Shown: one piece after another, positions 35,822 through 45,212 of the stretch
Layout of the letters: each line of letters opens with the position of its first letter
How positions within the stretch are numbered: the stretch's first letter is position 1
NCBI GenBank assembly: GCA_014730115.1
Contig: WJIU01000037.1
Coordinates: 422 to 64,421, forward strand
Origin: Candidatus Micrarchaeota archaeon
Lineage (GTDB): Archaea > Micrarchaeota > Micrarchaeia > Anstonellales > Bilamarchaeaceae
DNA length: 64,000 nucleotides
Direction of reading: 5' to 3'
Notes under the pieces: generated by a model
Told to the model about the DNA's origin: nothing
Database searches by the model: none
What the model saw: the letters and a program-made list of their open reading frames with translations, nothing else
Program-made: the position numbers and the translations under genes

Positions 35822-36067
35822 ATGGCACAAAGAAAAACCCGGAAACGGCCCAGGGTCATAAGGCTTCCGGCTCCAGGAAAGCCTAATTCAGGGGTGCTTG
35901 AGGAACCGCTTTCCGATTCAGACCTTGAACGGATGTCAGCAGAGGTTCTTCGCAGTGCTTCGGCACTGGAGGAAAGGAGCAGACGGCTTCTGGAGACTGC
36001 TGAAAGGGATTTGAAAACGATAAAGGAAATCGAAGGCAGTCACCTTAAAAATATCAAACCCCAATAG
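35822..36067 (+). CDS. small basic hypothetical protein (81 aa)
   Basis: ATG ORF with an Arg/Lys-rich N-terminus and a helical C-terminus. Ends 5 nt before the next gene. Confidence 0.45.
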   Translation: MAQRKTRKRPRVIRLPAPGKPNSGVLEEPLSDSDLERMSAEVLRSASALEERSRRLLETAERDLKTIKEIEGSHLKNIKPQ

Positions 36068-36072
36068 GTTGC

Positions 36073-37203
36073 ATGCAGGCTATTCTTGGCAAAACAGTTT
36101 ATACAGGGGAAGAAAGGTCGCTCAGCAACTGCTATGTTGTTTTTGAAAACGGAAGGATTGCTGATGTAACGTCTGAAAAACCGGAATGTGAAGTGATGGG
36201 CGAATACGAAATGCTTACCCCTGCTTTTGTAGATGCCCATTCCCATATAGGAACAATAAGGGCAGGGGAGCCGGAAGAGGAAGAGGATGCAAATGACGAC
36301 ATGGACGCACTGCTTTTTGAGCTTGACGTGCTGGACAGCATCATCATGGAGGACACCTCCTTCAGGGATTCTGTGGAGGCAGGGGTCCTTTACTCCTGCG
36401 TGCTTCCGGGCAGCGCCAACGTAATCGGCGGGCGCTCGGTACTTATAAGGAATTTTGCAGACAACACCCGGGATGCGTTCATAAAATACACCGGCCTGAA
36501 AACGGCATTCGGCTACAATACCAAAAACTACGAAAACGGCAAAGGTGTGCACGCCGCCACCAGGATGGGTGCAGTCTCCCTTCTCAGGAAAATGCTCATT
36601 AAGGGAAAGAAGGCAAAAACCCTGGTAGAGCATGGAAAAAAATCAGTGGATGAGCTTGAGCCCCGCATGGACACTGTGCTTTCCATCCTTGACCGCCAGG
36701 AAAAGCTCCGGGTCCACGCCCATAAGACCGATGATATTATGGCAGCCCTCCGGCTGGCGGATGAATTCAGCATTGACATGACCATTGAGCATGCATCCGA
36801 CGTGTACAGAAAAGGGACCTTTGACTTCCTGAAAGAAAAGGGAATTCCGGTGGTTTACGGCCCCATGGACGCCTTTCCCTACAAGGTGGAGCTGAAGCAT
36901 GAGAGCTGGAGAAACGCAGAATACCTGATTGGCAGCGGCGTGAAATTCGCGGTGATGAGCGACCACCCGATTGTCCTGCAGAGAATGATGCTGCTTCAGA
37001 TGAGGCATTTCCTGAGGCTCGGCCTTACCAGGGAGCAGTGCATCAGCAGGCTTACAAAATACCCCGCGGAAATACTGGATGCGGACGGCATCGGCACGCT
37101 TGCAAAGGGAAAGGTGGCATCTGTTGTGTGCTGGAATGCCGACCCCTTCAGCCTGGACAGCTACCCTGTTGCGGTATATGCTGAAGGTAAAAAGGTCGTA
37201 TAA
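36073..37203 (+). CDS. amidohydrolase-family protein
   Basis: FVDAHSHIG (HxH), VHAHKTDD, IEHASD and AVMSDHP follow the metal-ligand order of amidohydrolases. Confidence 0.75.
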   Translation: MQAILGKTVYTGEERSLSNCYVVFENGRIADVTSEKPECEVMGEYEMLTPAFVDAHSHIGTIRAGEPEEEEDANDDMDALLFELDVLDSIIMEDTSFRDSVEAGVLYSCVLPGSANVIGGRSVLIRNFADNTRDAFIKYTGLKTAFGYNTKNYENGKGVHAATRMGAVSLLRKMLIKGKKAKTLVEHGKKSVDELEPRMDTVLSILDRQEKLRVHAHKTDDIMAALRLADEFSIDMTIEHASDVYRKGTFDFLKEKGIPVVYGPMDAFPYKVELKHESWRNAEYLIGSGVKFAVMSDHPIVLQRMMLLQMRHFLRLGLTREQCISRLTKYPAEILDADGIGTLAKGKVASVVCWNADPFSLDSYPVAVYAEGKKVV

Positions 37204-37632
37204 TCAGATTTCGTTTACTATCCTTCTTGTTCTTTTCCCGGGAATTTTATTCACGACCACCCTTTTTCCTGAATCATAATATCCCAGGCCCAGCACATGC
37301 TGCTTCATCATGATCACAACGTATTTGCTTTTCGTGCCCAGGTCCATGGCCAAGCCGCTGCCTGAGGCAAATAATAGGCCCTCCTCCCTGTCCAGCCTTA
37401 CTATGTTTTTTTTGGCAAGGTGCCCGAAATTCTGGATAAAGGAGTTGGTGGGATTGAATCCGGCATCGCAGGCGGCATAGCCCAGCTCCCCATGGATTTT
37501 GCTATTCCTGATTTTCCGGTTCCCGGCCCTCACTCCCCTGGCATAGAAGACCGCGGTGTTTTTTGGGAGGGCCATGCCGAAGTGCTTTTCCAGGTATTTT
37601 ACGAAATTTTTCTCCTTGGTCCTTATTGCCAT
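37204..37632 (-). CDS. stand-alone RsmF-C-terminal / PUA-like domain protein (paralog of 61213..61638)
   Basis: The ending YVVIMMKQHVLGLGYYDSGKRVVVNKIPGKRTRRI matches the G-x-G...K/N-x-x-PK-x-x-R tail of RsmF-type methylases. Its start codon shares 1 nt with the stop of the upstream Nsun gene (TAATG). Confidence 0.6.
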   Translation of the reverse strand: MAIRTKEKNFVKYLEKHFGMALPKNTAVFYARGVRAGNRKIRNSKIHGELGYAACDAGFNPTNSFIQNFGHLAKKNIVRLDREEGLLFASGSGLAMDLGTKSKYVVIMMKQHVLGLGYYDSGKRVVVNKIPGKRTRRIVNEI

Positions 37633-38561
37633 TATTCTCCCTTTCTTATTTTTGCTATAAAGAATCCTTCACTGTGGAGGTGCTGCGGATAGATGCGAAG
37701 ACATTTCCTGAATTCCTGCCCGTAATCCCCAAGGCCGGGCTCGTGCGGAATCTCCAGCGGTATTTCCCGGAGTGACGAGCCTGGAACGTTTTCAAGCAGG
37801 TTGGCCACCACCTCCTCGTTTTCCTCCTTTGCATAGGTGCAGGTTGAATATACCAGCGTCCCTCCCGGCTTCAGGGAATCATATGCGCTGAAAAGCATCC
37901 TCTTCTGGGCTCCCGAGATTCTTTCTGAATGGGAAGGCTCCCATCTGCTGGACGCGCTGGAACCGCTTCCAAGAGCAGTGCAGGGCGCATCCAGAAGAAC
38001 CTTGTCAAACCGCTCCTTCCAGTCCAGGGCCTTGGCATCCCTGAGTGTTACGATGCAGTTCAGCACGTTTAGCCGGTTTATTGTGGCATAAAGTGCCGAA
38101 ATCTTCTGTTTCTTGAAGTCGTTGCCCACCAGCACGCCCCTGTTCTCCATGAGCATTGCAAGGTGGGAAAACTTGGACCCCGGGGATGCGGCCGCATCCA
38201 GGACAAAATCTTCCGGAGAAGGGGCCAGTACAAGAGAAACCAGTATTGAGGAAAGGCTCTGGGGATGGATGTATCCCAGGAAATATTCCCAGGTCCTGCC
38301 CAGAGGTATGCTTTCCTCCAGCCCAAAGGCCTCCCGGCAGCAGCCGGCCTGCCTGCAGTCCAGCTTTGTAAGGCTCCTGAATTCCTCCAGGGATTTCTTG
38401 AGGGTGTTTACCCTGAAGAATGTTTTCTGTTTCTGGAAAGCCTCCAGGCAGGCTTCGCTGTCGGTGTACCGGGAAAGCCAGCCCCTGAATTCACTGTCTT
38501 CCATTGAAATGAACTTAGCTGTATGCACCATTAAAAAGATGTTCTTCGATGGATTAAGCAT
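37632..38561 (-). CDS. NOL1/NOP2/Sun-family RNA cytosine-C5 methyltransferase
   Basis: DAAASPGSKFSHLA (SAM binding), LLDAPCTALGS (motif IV Cys), YSTCTYAKEENE (motif VI Cys). Confidence 0.85.
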   Translation of the reverse strand: MLNPSKNIFLMVHTAKFISMEDSEFRGWLSRYTDSEACLEAFQKQKTFFRVNTLKKSLEEFRSLTKLDCRQAGCCREAFGLEESIPLGRTWEYFLGYIHPQSLSSILVSLVLAPSPEDFVLDAAASPGSKFSHLAMLMENRGVLVGNDFKKQKISALYATINRLNVLNCIVTLRDAKALDWKERFDKVLLDAPCTALGSGSSASSRWEPSHSERISGAQKRMLFSAYDSLKPGGTLVYSTCTYAKEENEEVVANLLENVPGSSLREIPLEIPHEPGLGDYGQEFRKCLRIYPQHLHSEGFFIAKIRKGE

Positions 38562-38793
38562 GAAACTCGAGGTAAACGAAGGAAAGATAGACCGTTTCTT
38601 CAGGATTGTTTTCGGCCTGGTTTTTCTTGGCGGGGGATACCTTTACCTTGCTGCCCCGCTTTCCTGGGCGGTAATGCTGGTGGGGGCCATACTTGTTGTA
38701 ACCGGAGTGACCGGCTACTGCGGAGTGTACTCAGTGCTCGGCATCAGCACTGTCGGGGTGCCCTACTGTGATATAGTTGGTGGGAAAAAGTAA
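38560..38793 (+). CDS. DUF2892 (YgaP-like) small membrane protein
   Basis: GKIDRFFRIVFGLVFLGGGY...LVGAILVVTGVTGYCGVYSVLGIST. The track ORF from 38113 is antisense to the Nsun gene; ATG at 38560 (or 38539). Confidence 0.6.
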   Translation: MKLEVNEGKIDRFFRIVFGLVFLGGGYLYLAAPLSWAVMLVGAILVVTGVTGYCGVYSVLGISTVGVPYCDIVGGKK

Positions 38794-38853
38794 GATAATT
38801 TTTAAGGCTTACTGACTGAATTACTTCCTGCGCTTTTGAGAGGTGTATTTATT

Positions 38854-40008
38854 ATGACTTCAAAGAATTATCTTTTCAGCTCAGAGTCTGTTACCCAGGG
38901 CCATCCCGACAAAATCTGTGACCAGATATCAGATGCGGCCCTTGATGAGCTGCTCAAGCAGGACAAGGATTCCCGGGTTGCGGTGGAGGCAATTGCCACT
39001 GCCGGCCTGGTGGCAGTGGTGGGCGAGATTACCACCAAGGGCTATGTGGAATTCCAGAGGCTGGTAAGGGATGTCATCAGGGACATCGGGTACACCAAGC
39101 CGGACTATCTTTTTGACTACAGGACTTGCGGCGTGCTTGCCTCCATCCATGAGCAGTCCCCGGACATTGCCCAGGGAGTGGATTCTGAAAAGGAGCAGGG
39201 AGCCGGAGACCAGGGCATAATGTTCGGATTTGCCAACAGGGAAACCCCGGAACTCATGCCGCTGCCCATTATGATGGCTCATAAGCTTGCCAGAAGGCTT
39301 GCGGAAGTGAGGAAAAACGGTACCCTGCCTTACCTCAGGCCGGACGGAAAGACCCAGGTTACGCTGGAATACAACAACCACAAGCCATCCAGGGTCCATA
39401 CTGTGGTGATTGCAGCACAGCATGATGAGGATGTTGATGCCGGCAAGCTGGAGAGGGATGTCGTCGAAGAGGTTGTGAAGCCAATCTGCGGGAACCTTTA
39501 TGATGAAAAGACAATTTCCCACATCAACGGGACAGGGAAGTTTGTTCTGGGAGGCCCTGCTGCCGACACCGGGATGACCGGGAGAAAGACAATCCTTGAC
39601 TCCTATGGAGGCAAGGGCCACCATGGCGGGGGGGCCTATTCCGGAAAAGACCCGTCCAAGGTTGACCGCTCCGGCTCCTACATGGCAAGATATGTTGCAA
39701 AGAACATTGTTGCGGCAGGCCTTGCCGACCAGTGCGAAGTGCAGGTATCCTATGTAATCGGTGTGGCAAAACCACTTTCAGTATTTGTTGATACCAGGGG
39801 CACTGCCAGGATTCCTGTGGAAAAGATTGAAGACCTTGTTAAAGAGCACTTCTCATTCCGGCCTGCAGACATGATTGAATATCTTGACCTTCTGAAACCT
39901 GTTTACCGGAATACTGCATGCTACGGCCATTTCGGAAGAGAGGAGCCCGGATTTACCTGGGAGAAGACTGACATGGCAGAAAAGCTGAGGTCTGAGGCAG
40001 GGCTGTGA
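38854..40008 (+). CDS. metK: S-adenosylmethionine synthetase, bacterial/eukaryotic type
   Basis: [54 protein letters not shown] sits 7 nt before the ATG at 38854. Confidence 0.95.
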   Translation: MTSKNYLFSSESVTQGHPDKICDQISDAALDELLKQDKDSRVAVEAIATAGLVAVVGEITTKGYVEFQRLVRDVIRDIGYTKPDYLFDYRTCGVLASIHEQSPDIAQGVDSEKEQGAGDQGIMFGFANRETPELMPLPIMMAHKLARRLAEVRKNGTLPYLRPDGKTQVTLEYNNHKPSRVHTVVIAAQHDEDVDAGKLERDVVEEVVKPICGNLYDEKTISHINGTGKFVLGGPAADTGMTGRKTILDSYGGKGHHGGGAYSGKDPSKVDRSGSYMARYVAKNIVAAGLADQCEVQVSYVIGVAKPLSVFVDTRGTARIPVEKIEDLVKEHFSFRPADMIEYLDLLKPVYRNTACYGHFGREEPGFTWEKTDMAEKLRSEAGL

Positions 40009-40063
40009 TTTCGGCCTGCTGAAATACTTCTGCATTTATATTTTTTTCTTTGGTTAGACTTGC

Positions 40064-40846
40064 ATGAGAGCCATCGTCCTGATTCTGGCTGCCCTGCTGC
40101 TGTTCGGCTGTGTGACCCCTGCCGAGCAACCCGAAGCAGAGGAAAATGCCAGCCCTGAAGAGAACATAACCATAGAGGAAAACGAAACCGAACCTGGGGA
40201 AAACCAGACCCGGGAAAACCAAACAGCTCCTGATGAGAACATAACAGTCTCAAACGAAACGGAAGCAGAACCCCTGGAAAATGAGACTGAGCCGGAGCCC
40301 GGCCCCAACCAGGAACTTGTGGATTCCGTGGTGTCGTCTTATAACATTACCGACCCCTACAGCTTCTACAATGTCAACCAGCTGCTGGTGCTGGGCCCGG
40401 AAGACACGGACATGCTGATTTCCATGCTGGAAGGGGATGCTTATGAGAAGTGGACCGCGTTCTATGTCCTCTCAAACATAGCCCCGGATGCAAACGCACC
40501 CACGCAGGAGAAAATCAACGATGCCATGGTCCCGTTCCTTTCCAGCAATGTGTCGGACTACAGGCTCATGGCCGCTTCAGTGATGATTTCAACCGGCGAC
40601 AGCCGCTCCATTCCGGTACTGATAGAGCTTCTTGGAAACAACAGCATGCTGATGCTCAGCGAGCCGCCGATGCTTGTCTGCCAGTATTCCAGCTACATGC
40701 TTACGAATTACACGGAGCAGAACTTTGGATACTACTGCGACATAGAGGAAACCGGTTATGGGCAGCAGGACTGGCAGAACTGGTGGCAGGAAAACATGGA
40801 TGAGCTCCAGTGGGACGAGAGCCGGAGGGTATTCACAGGTGGTTGA
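40064..40846 (+). CDS. lipoprotein with a sequon-rich acidic linker and a HEAT-like helical repeat body
   Basis: Lipobox LLLFGC. Eight N-x-S/T sequons lie in about 55 aa (NAS, NIT, NET, NQT, NQT, NIT, NET, NET). The remainder is helical. Confidence 0.7.
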   Translation: MRAIVLILAALLLFGCVTPAEQPEAEENASPEENITIEENETEPGENQTRENQTAPDENITVSNETEAEPLENETEPEPGPNQELVDSVVSSYNITDPYSFYNVNQLLVLGPEDTDMLISMLEGDAYEKWTAFYVLSNIAPDANAPTQEKINDAMVPFLSSNVSDYRLMAASVMISTGDSRSIPVLIELLGNNSMLMLSEPPMLVCQYSSYMLTNYTEQNFGYYCDIEETGYGQQDWQNWWQENMDELQWDESRRVFTGG

Positions 40847-40847
40847 C

Positions 40848-42131
40848 ATGAGAAAGGCATATGTTTTGCTGGCAATCCTGGTACTTTCTTCAGTTGTCTT
40901 TCCGACTACAGAAGTTACCGTGGATGACTGCAGTATAACGGTGGATGTCAAGGTTGGTTTCGCAGGAGACGGCGCTTCTGATGAATTCATCAAGAAGTTT
41001 GAGGACGGAGTCAAGAAAATCTGGCAGGGCAAGGATTTCACCTACGGGGACTGCGAATGCCCTGTTGAGATTAAGCTTGAAACCAAGAAATTCGTCACCT
41101 GCTACCAGGCAGGAAAGGACTACCACTGCTTTGACGTCCAGGAAACTGACGGCTTCTATTACTCCTATGTCCGGCACACGCTCTATTCAGACCGCAGCTT
41201 CTGGAGGGACGGGAAGATGAGGGCGGCAAGGGGAAATGTCTCCACCTCAAATACAGGAAACATACTTGCCCATGAGTTCGGGCACCTGATGGGCCTGAAG
41301 GACGAGTATTACTATGTGTACTATTATTTCTACGTAAATGAAGACGGCACAGTTGCAAGCGGCCCCCATGCGGTCAAGACCAGCGAATGGAACGGCAAAA
41401 AGGATGACATCCAGGACAACGCCCCTGAAGGGGCAAAAGTGGTCCTGGCAAGGAAAAAGGACGGGACCAACCACTATGTGAAATACCAGGACGGAGTTCC
41501 AACCGACAGCATAATGCTGAATATTGACGGCACCCCCAAGGCCTACCAGCACCACATAGACGCCATCGTCGGCGGCGCAGGGATAGAATGCCCGGATGAG
41601 TGCTGCTGCGGCAATGGCAGGGTTGAGCTGGGCAAGGGAGAGGAGTGCGACTACAAGGCAAGCCCTGAAGGATGCATGGAAGGCGAAAAATGCACAAATG
41701 ACTGTGTCTGTGAAATAGAGGAGCTGCCTGCCATATGCGGGGACGGGCAGATAGATGGGGAAGAAGAGTGCGACTATGCTGCGACTCCCGACGGCTGCCC
41801 CCCGGAGCATACCTGCAGCCCTGAATGCGCCTGCTTTTTCGACCCCCCCACCTTTGAGGAGGATATGGACATAATCAGCCCGGCTGAAGGCGCGGTGCTG
41901 ACCTTCCCTGAGCCTGTGGAGCTCTCCTTCGGCGACCCCTCAAGAATCGTTTACATCAACTACTGGATTGGCGAGGCGCTGGTATACCAGAGCGAGGACC
42001 CCGGCTACATGTACATGCTGGAGCCGGAGATGATTGGCGAAGGCGAGCATGTGCTCACTGTCCAGGCATTCAACATGGAGATGGCGGATACCAACCGCTC
42101 GGTGTCCTTCACTGTCGAGATGCCGGAATAA
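40848..42131 (+). CDS. secreted zinc metalloprotease-like protein with Cys-rich CGxG...ECD repeats
   Basis: ATG at 40848, 2 nt after the upstream stop. Signal/anchor MRKAYVLLAILVLSSVVF, HEFGHLMGLKDEY (HExxH plus downstream DEY), and repeats CCCGNGRVELGKGEECDY and CGDGQIDGEEECDY. Confidence 0.7.
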   Translation: MRKAYVLLAILVLSSVVFPTTEVTVDDCSITVDVKVGFAGDGASDEFIKKFEDGVKKIWQGKDFTYGDCECPVEIKLETKKFVTCYQAGKDYHCFDVQETDGFYYSYVRHTLYSDRSFWRDGKMRAARGNVSTSNTGNILAHEFGHLMGLKDEYYYVYYYFYVNEDGTVASGPHAVKTSEWNGKKDDIQDNAPEGAKVVLARKKDGTNHYVKYQDGVPTDSIMLNIDGTPKAYQHHIDAIVGGAGIECPDECCCGNGRVELGKGEECDYKASPEGCMEGEKCTNDCVCEIEELPAICGDGQIDGEEECDYAATPDGCPPEHTCSPECACFFDPPTFEEDMDIISPAEGAVLTFPEPVELSFGDPSRIVYINYWIGEALVYQSEDPGYMYMLEPEMIGEGEHVLTVQAFNMEMADTNRSVSFTVEMPE

Positions 42132-42191
42132 TTATTTCCTCTTTTTTCCATAAAACAACTATTAAAAAATGTTCATTTGTGATATTCATGC

Positions 42192-43127
42192 ATGCCTAAT
42201 TGTACTTTTCTGTTCTACCGGCATTCGCATGTAGACATGGTCAGGGAAAAGCCCACCGGGTTTGCTGCAAAAAGGCTGAAGCCGCTTATTGAAAGGAGCG
42301 TAAACGGCTCCCCCCTGCATGTAGTGCACGACAGGGTCCCCAGCATCCCTCTTTTCGATGGGGTGGCGGAGTCCTTTGAGAATCTGTTGAAAATACGGAA
42401 ATTCGTCAGGGACATGAAAGGCTTTGAAAGGGACTGGAGAAACAGGACCAAGGGAGAGCTTTCAGCTGCAGACAGGGGGGAGGAAACCCCGTTCCTGGAC
42501 CACAGGATGTTCCCGGAATTCCTTGCCATACTTGAAGCCAACAGGAAAAGGCCGGGCAGCGTGGTCAACCACCTGGGCTTCTATCCCTTTGAGGCCGCAG
42601 TGGAAAAGACCCGGAGCAAGATACATATCTCCAGGGCAATGGAAATGATGAGATTCGGTGACCTGAACGGCGGGGTCAGGCAGATTATGGAATCACAATG
42701 GGCAATGGCAAGCTGCAGCCTGCTGAGGGATGCGGAGCTTATGAAACAGATTCCCAGGCTTGGTGAAAACGCAGTCGTGATGAGGGGGCTTTCCCACACC
42801 TACCTTCTTGAGCTGGACAGGTACAGCATTCCTATAGTCGACGGGCTTGGCAAGGTTGTTGAATTCAGGGACATTGTTGAGCGCAAAGGCATTGCAATTG
42901 ACGGGGAAGTGGAAGGGCTCAAGACTTCCTTCAGGGAAGAGGCAGTAAGAAAGCTGTGCTCTGCGGACATTGAAATGGATGAGCACCAGAGGCTTGCCCT
43001 CCTGGAAATACTCTATGTGAGGCACCTAAACCCTGAAACTGCGTGGGACAGCCAGGAATCCAGGGATTCTGCCTTCAGCCTGGCCCTCCGGGATGTTGAC
43101 TGCGTAAACGAAAAGCCGTATGGCTAG
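42192..43127 (+). CDS. hypothetical protein (family shared with 19138..20055)
   Basis: 311-aa ORF with CTATTAAAAAATG box about 30 nt upstream. Shares KPLIERSV, GFERDW, EAAVEKTRSK and VVMRGLSH blocks with the 19138 protein. Confidence 0.6.
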   Translation: MPNCTFLFYRHSHVDMVREKPTGFAAKRLKPLIERSVNGSPLHVVHDRVPSIPLFDGVAESFENLLKIRKFVRDMKGFERDWRNRTKGELSAADRGEETPFLDHRMFPEFLAILEANRKRPGSVVNHLGFYPFEAAVEKTRSKIHISRAMEMMRFGDLNGGVRQIMESQWAMASCSLLRDAELMKQIPRLGENAVVMRGLSHTYLLELDRYSIPIVDGLGKVVEFRDIVERKGIAIDGEVEGLKTSFREEAVRKLCSADIEMDEHQRLALLEILYVRHLNPETAWDSQESRDSAFSLALRDVDCVNEKPYG

Positions 43128-43158
43128 CATTAAAATATCTGCTTTCTGAAGTACCCAC

Positions 43159-43410
43159 ATGAAGGCCAGAACAGTTTGCTGCGGAAAGGTCATTGATGTG
43201 GACAAAGGAACCATAGCCCACAAAGGCGGGGAAGAGCTTCTTGTATGCAACAAGGAATGCAAGGCAAGGATGGAATCTGCGCGCACCGAAGAGGTGGACA
43301 AAATCAAGATGGAGCTTACAAGGGACAGGATGAATGAGATAATGCGCGATGCGAGGCAGCAGGGCTCCAGCGCCCGCTTTGAGATGACTGACATAGACAG
43401 GGAAGAGTAA
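43159..43410 (+). CDS. small TRASH/YHS-like metal-binding protein with a charged helical tail
   Basis: CCGKVIDVDKGTIAHKGGEELLVCNKEC fits the C-x19-22-C-x3-C TRASH spacing. Confidence 0.5.
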   Translation: MKARTVCCGKVIDVDKGTIAHKGGEELLVCNKECKARMESARTEEVDKIKMELTRDRMNEIMRDARQQGSSARFEMTDIDREE

Positions 43411-43450
43411 TCACCGCTTCCAATGGGAAGAATAAATACCTTGAAGAGAA

Positions 43451-43882
43451 ATGGGGAATGATTGCGTGTTCAGAGCCCACCCCATGCCAACGGACAAGAC
43501 CCGGCAGCAGGTTATCCGGGATTCCACCCGGATGATAAAAAGCCTTAATCTCCGCAGATTCATATGTTCCTACAGCCCTGGCAGGCTGAAAAGAATGAAT
43601 GGCCAGAAGCCTGCCTTCGGCATTGAAGCGGCTGTGCTCAGCCACATTGACCGGGAAGAAAGAAAAAGAGCCGGGAGGCCTCCAAGAAGGATAGAGGCAA
43701 TAATGCTGTTTATCAGGCACAGGACGAAAGTTGAGGATAAATGCGGCAGGGACACTGTTTCAATGAATGATGTCCCTACCAGAAAGGGGACTCCGTTTGA
43801 TGGTGTTCCCCCGGCTTCCGAAGACATAATTGCATCGTGCCGCAAAGTCACTTCATCAGATGCCGTATCGCATCAAGATTAG
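43451..43882 (+). CDS. hypothetical basic protein (coding strand uncertain)
   Basis: Codon usage looks host-like, but the ORF overlaps the msrA 3' end by 35 nt. A competing minus-strand ORF (43570..43851) with two hydrophobic segments starts with a GTG overlapping the msrA stop. Confidence 0.3.
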   Translation: MGNDCVFRAHPMPTDKTRQQVIRDSTRMIKSLNLRRFICSYSPGRLKRMNGQKPAFGIEAAVLSHIDREERKRAGRPPRRIEAIMLFIRHRTKVEDKCGRDTVSMNDVPTRKGTPFDGVPPASEDIIASCRKVTSSDAVSHQD

Positions 43883-44348
43883 GGACATGGCAGGCTATGC
43901 CGTGCTTTTCATGGTACTTCTGGTGGTAATCCTCAGCCTTCCAGAACTTGCCGGCAGGGGCTATTTCTGTTGCAATGGGCCTTGAATGCCTTTCCTGCTC
44001 CTCTTTCTTTGACTGCTCTGCAAGCTCTTTCTGCCTTTCATCCTGATAGAATATTGCCGAGCGGTACTGGCTGCCCACATCCGGCCCCTGGCGGTTTACC
44101 TGGGCAGGGTCATGGATGCTCCAGAATACTTCAAGCAGTTCCCGGTAGGAAACTTCTTCAGGGTCGTATTTCACCTGCACTGCTTCTGCATGGCCGGTTC
44201 TGCCGGTGCATGCATCCTGGTAGGCAGGATTTTCAGTGTGCCCGCCGGCATAGCCCACTGCAGTTTCCCTTACACCTTTCACCTTCCTGAAAATGTCCTC
44301 TACGCCCCAGAAGCATCCTGCAGCAAAAACGGCAGTTTCAGGCTCCAT
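43848..44348 (-). CDS. msrA: peptide-methionine (S)-S-oxide reductase
   Basis: [18 protein letters not shown] and [22 protein letters not shown]. Confidence 0.9.
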   Translation of the reverse strand: MEPETAVFAAGCFWGVEDIFRKVKGVRETAVGYAGGHTENPAYQDACTGRTGHAEAVQVKYDPEEVSYRELLEVFWSIHDPAQVNRQGPDVGSQYRSAIFYQDERQKELAEQSKKEEQERHSRPIATEIAPAGKFWKAEDYHQKYHEKHGIACHVPNLDAIRHLMK

Positions 44349-44400
44349 AAGTAAAGGTCGGCAGGAACAATTAAAATAGCACTTGTCCTAGTTGAATAGC

Positions 44401-44868
44401 ATGAAACACCGGTGGGCATACCTGATTGCATTCATCCTATTGTGCGAACTTACAGGGATTGGCGGCTCGGTCTTTACGTCCCAGTCAGTACAGGAATGGT
44501 ATCCAACTCTGGAGAAGCCTGCATTTACCCCTCCAAGCTGGGTGTTTGCCCCGGTCTGGACAACGCTTTATGCCCTGATGGGGATATCTGCCTATCTTGT
44601 CTTTATTTCAGGGCGCGGGGGCATGATGCCTGCGCTCACAGGATTTTTTGTTCAGCTGTTTCTCAACTTTTTGTGGTCTTTTGCCTTCTTCGGGATGCGC
44701 TCACCAGTTGCCGGTGCAGTGGTCATAGTTGCACTCTGGATTGCAATAGTCTGGACCATAATCAATTTCTACAGGGTTTCCAGGAACGCGGCTTACCTGC
44801 TTGTGCCGTATATACTTTGGACCAGCTTCGCGGCAATACTTAATTTCTCCATTATTTTACTGAACTGA
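44401..44868 (+). CDS. tspO: TspO/MBR tryptophan-rich sensory protein
   Basis: WYPTLEKPAFTPPSWVFAPVWTTLYALMG. Five TM helices. ATG at 44401 (the track start is TTG). Confidence 0.85.
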   Translation: MKHRWAYLIAFILLCELTGIGGSVFTSQSVQEWYPTLEKPAFTPPSWVFAPVWTTLYALMGISAYLVFISGRGGMMPALTGFFVQLFLNFLWSFAFFGMRSPVAGAVVIVALWIAIVWTIINFYRVSRNAAYLLVPYILWTSFAAILNFSIILLN

Positions 44869-44879
44869 CCACTGGGAAA

Positions 44880-44889
44880 GGTTATAAAA
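44880..44889 (+). promoter_or_regulatory. TATA-box candidate for csp copy 1
   Basis: AAAGGTTATAAAAAGG lies about 40 nt before the ATG. GGTGT sits 6 nt before the ATG. Confidence 0.45.
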
Positions 44890-44926
44890 AGGTGTCTGAG
44901 AAAGAAGATTAACATTTGGTGTAACA

Positions 44927-45121
44927 ATGGTAGAAGGTACAGTAAAGTTCTTCAACAGAATGAAGAACTTCGGCTTTATTGCCGGAGAAGATGGAAAGGA
45001 GTATTTTGTGCACATCAGCGGAATCAAAGACGGTGTGCCCCTTGAAGAAGGGGAAAAAGTAAAATTCGAGGTAGTGCAGGGCGACAAGGGCCCCAAAGCA
45101 GAGCAAGTTGAAAGAATCTGA
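44927..45121 (+). CDS. csp: cold-shock protein (CspA family), copy 1
   Basis: GTVKFFNRMKNFGFI (RNP1-like) and YFVHISG (RNP2-like). 64 aa. Confidence 0.95.
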   Translation: MVEGTVKFFNRMKNFGFIAGEDGKEYFVHISGIKDGVPLEEGEKVKFEVVQGDKGPKAEQVERI

Positions 45122-45212
45122 ATTTCTGACTTTACAGGTTAAATACTCCGGATTTCTTTTTCAGGATTCTGGAAAATGCATTAGCAACGGCAGTGTGTTA
45201 TAGGTCGGATAC

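Noticed and set aside
38113-38559. Upstream 149 codons of track ORF 38113..38793
   Set aside because: This part is antisense to the Nsun methyltransferase. Only the last 77 codons (a DUF2892-like membrane peptide from the ATG at 38560) look real.
44909-45106. 65-aa minus-strand ORF, and its twin at 46705..46923, both starting MLCFGALVALH
   Set aside because: These are mirror images of the two conserved csp genes. Their similarity is a by-product of csp conservation on the plus strand.
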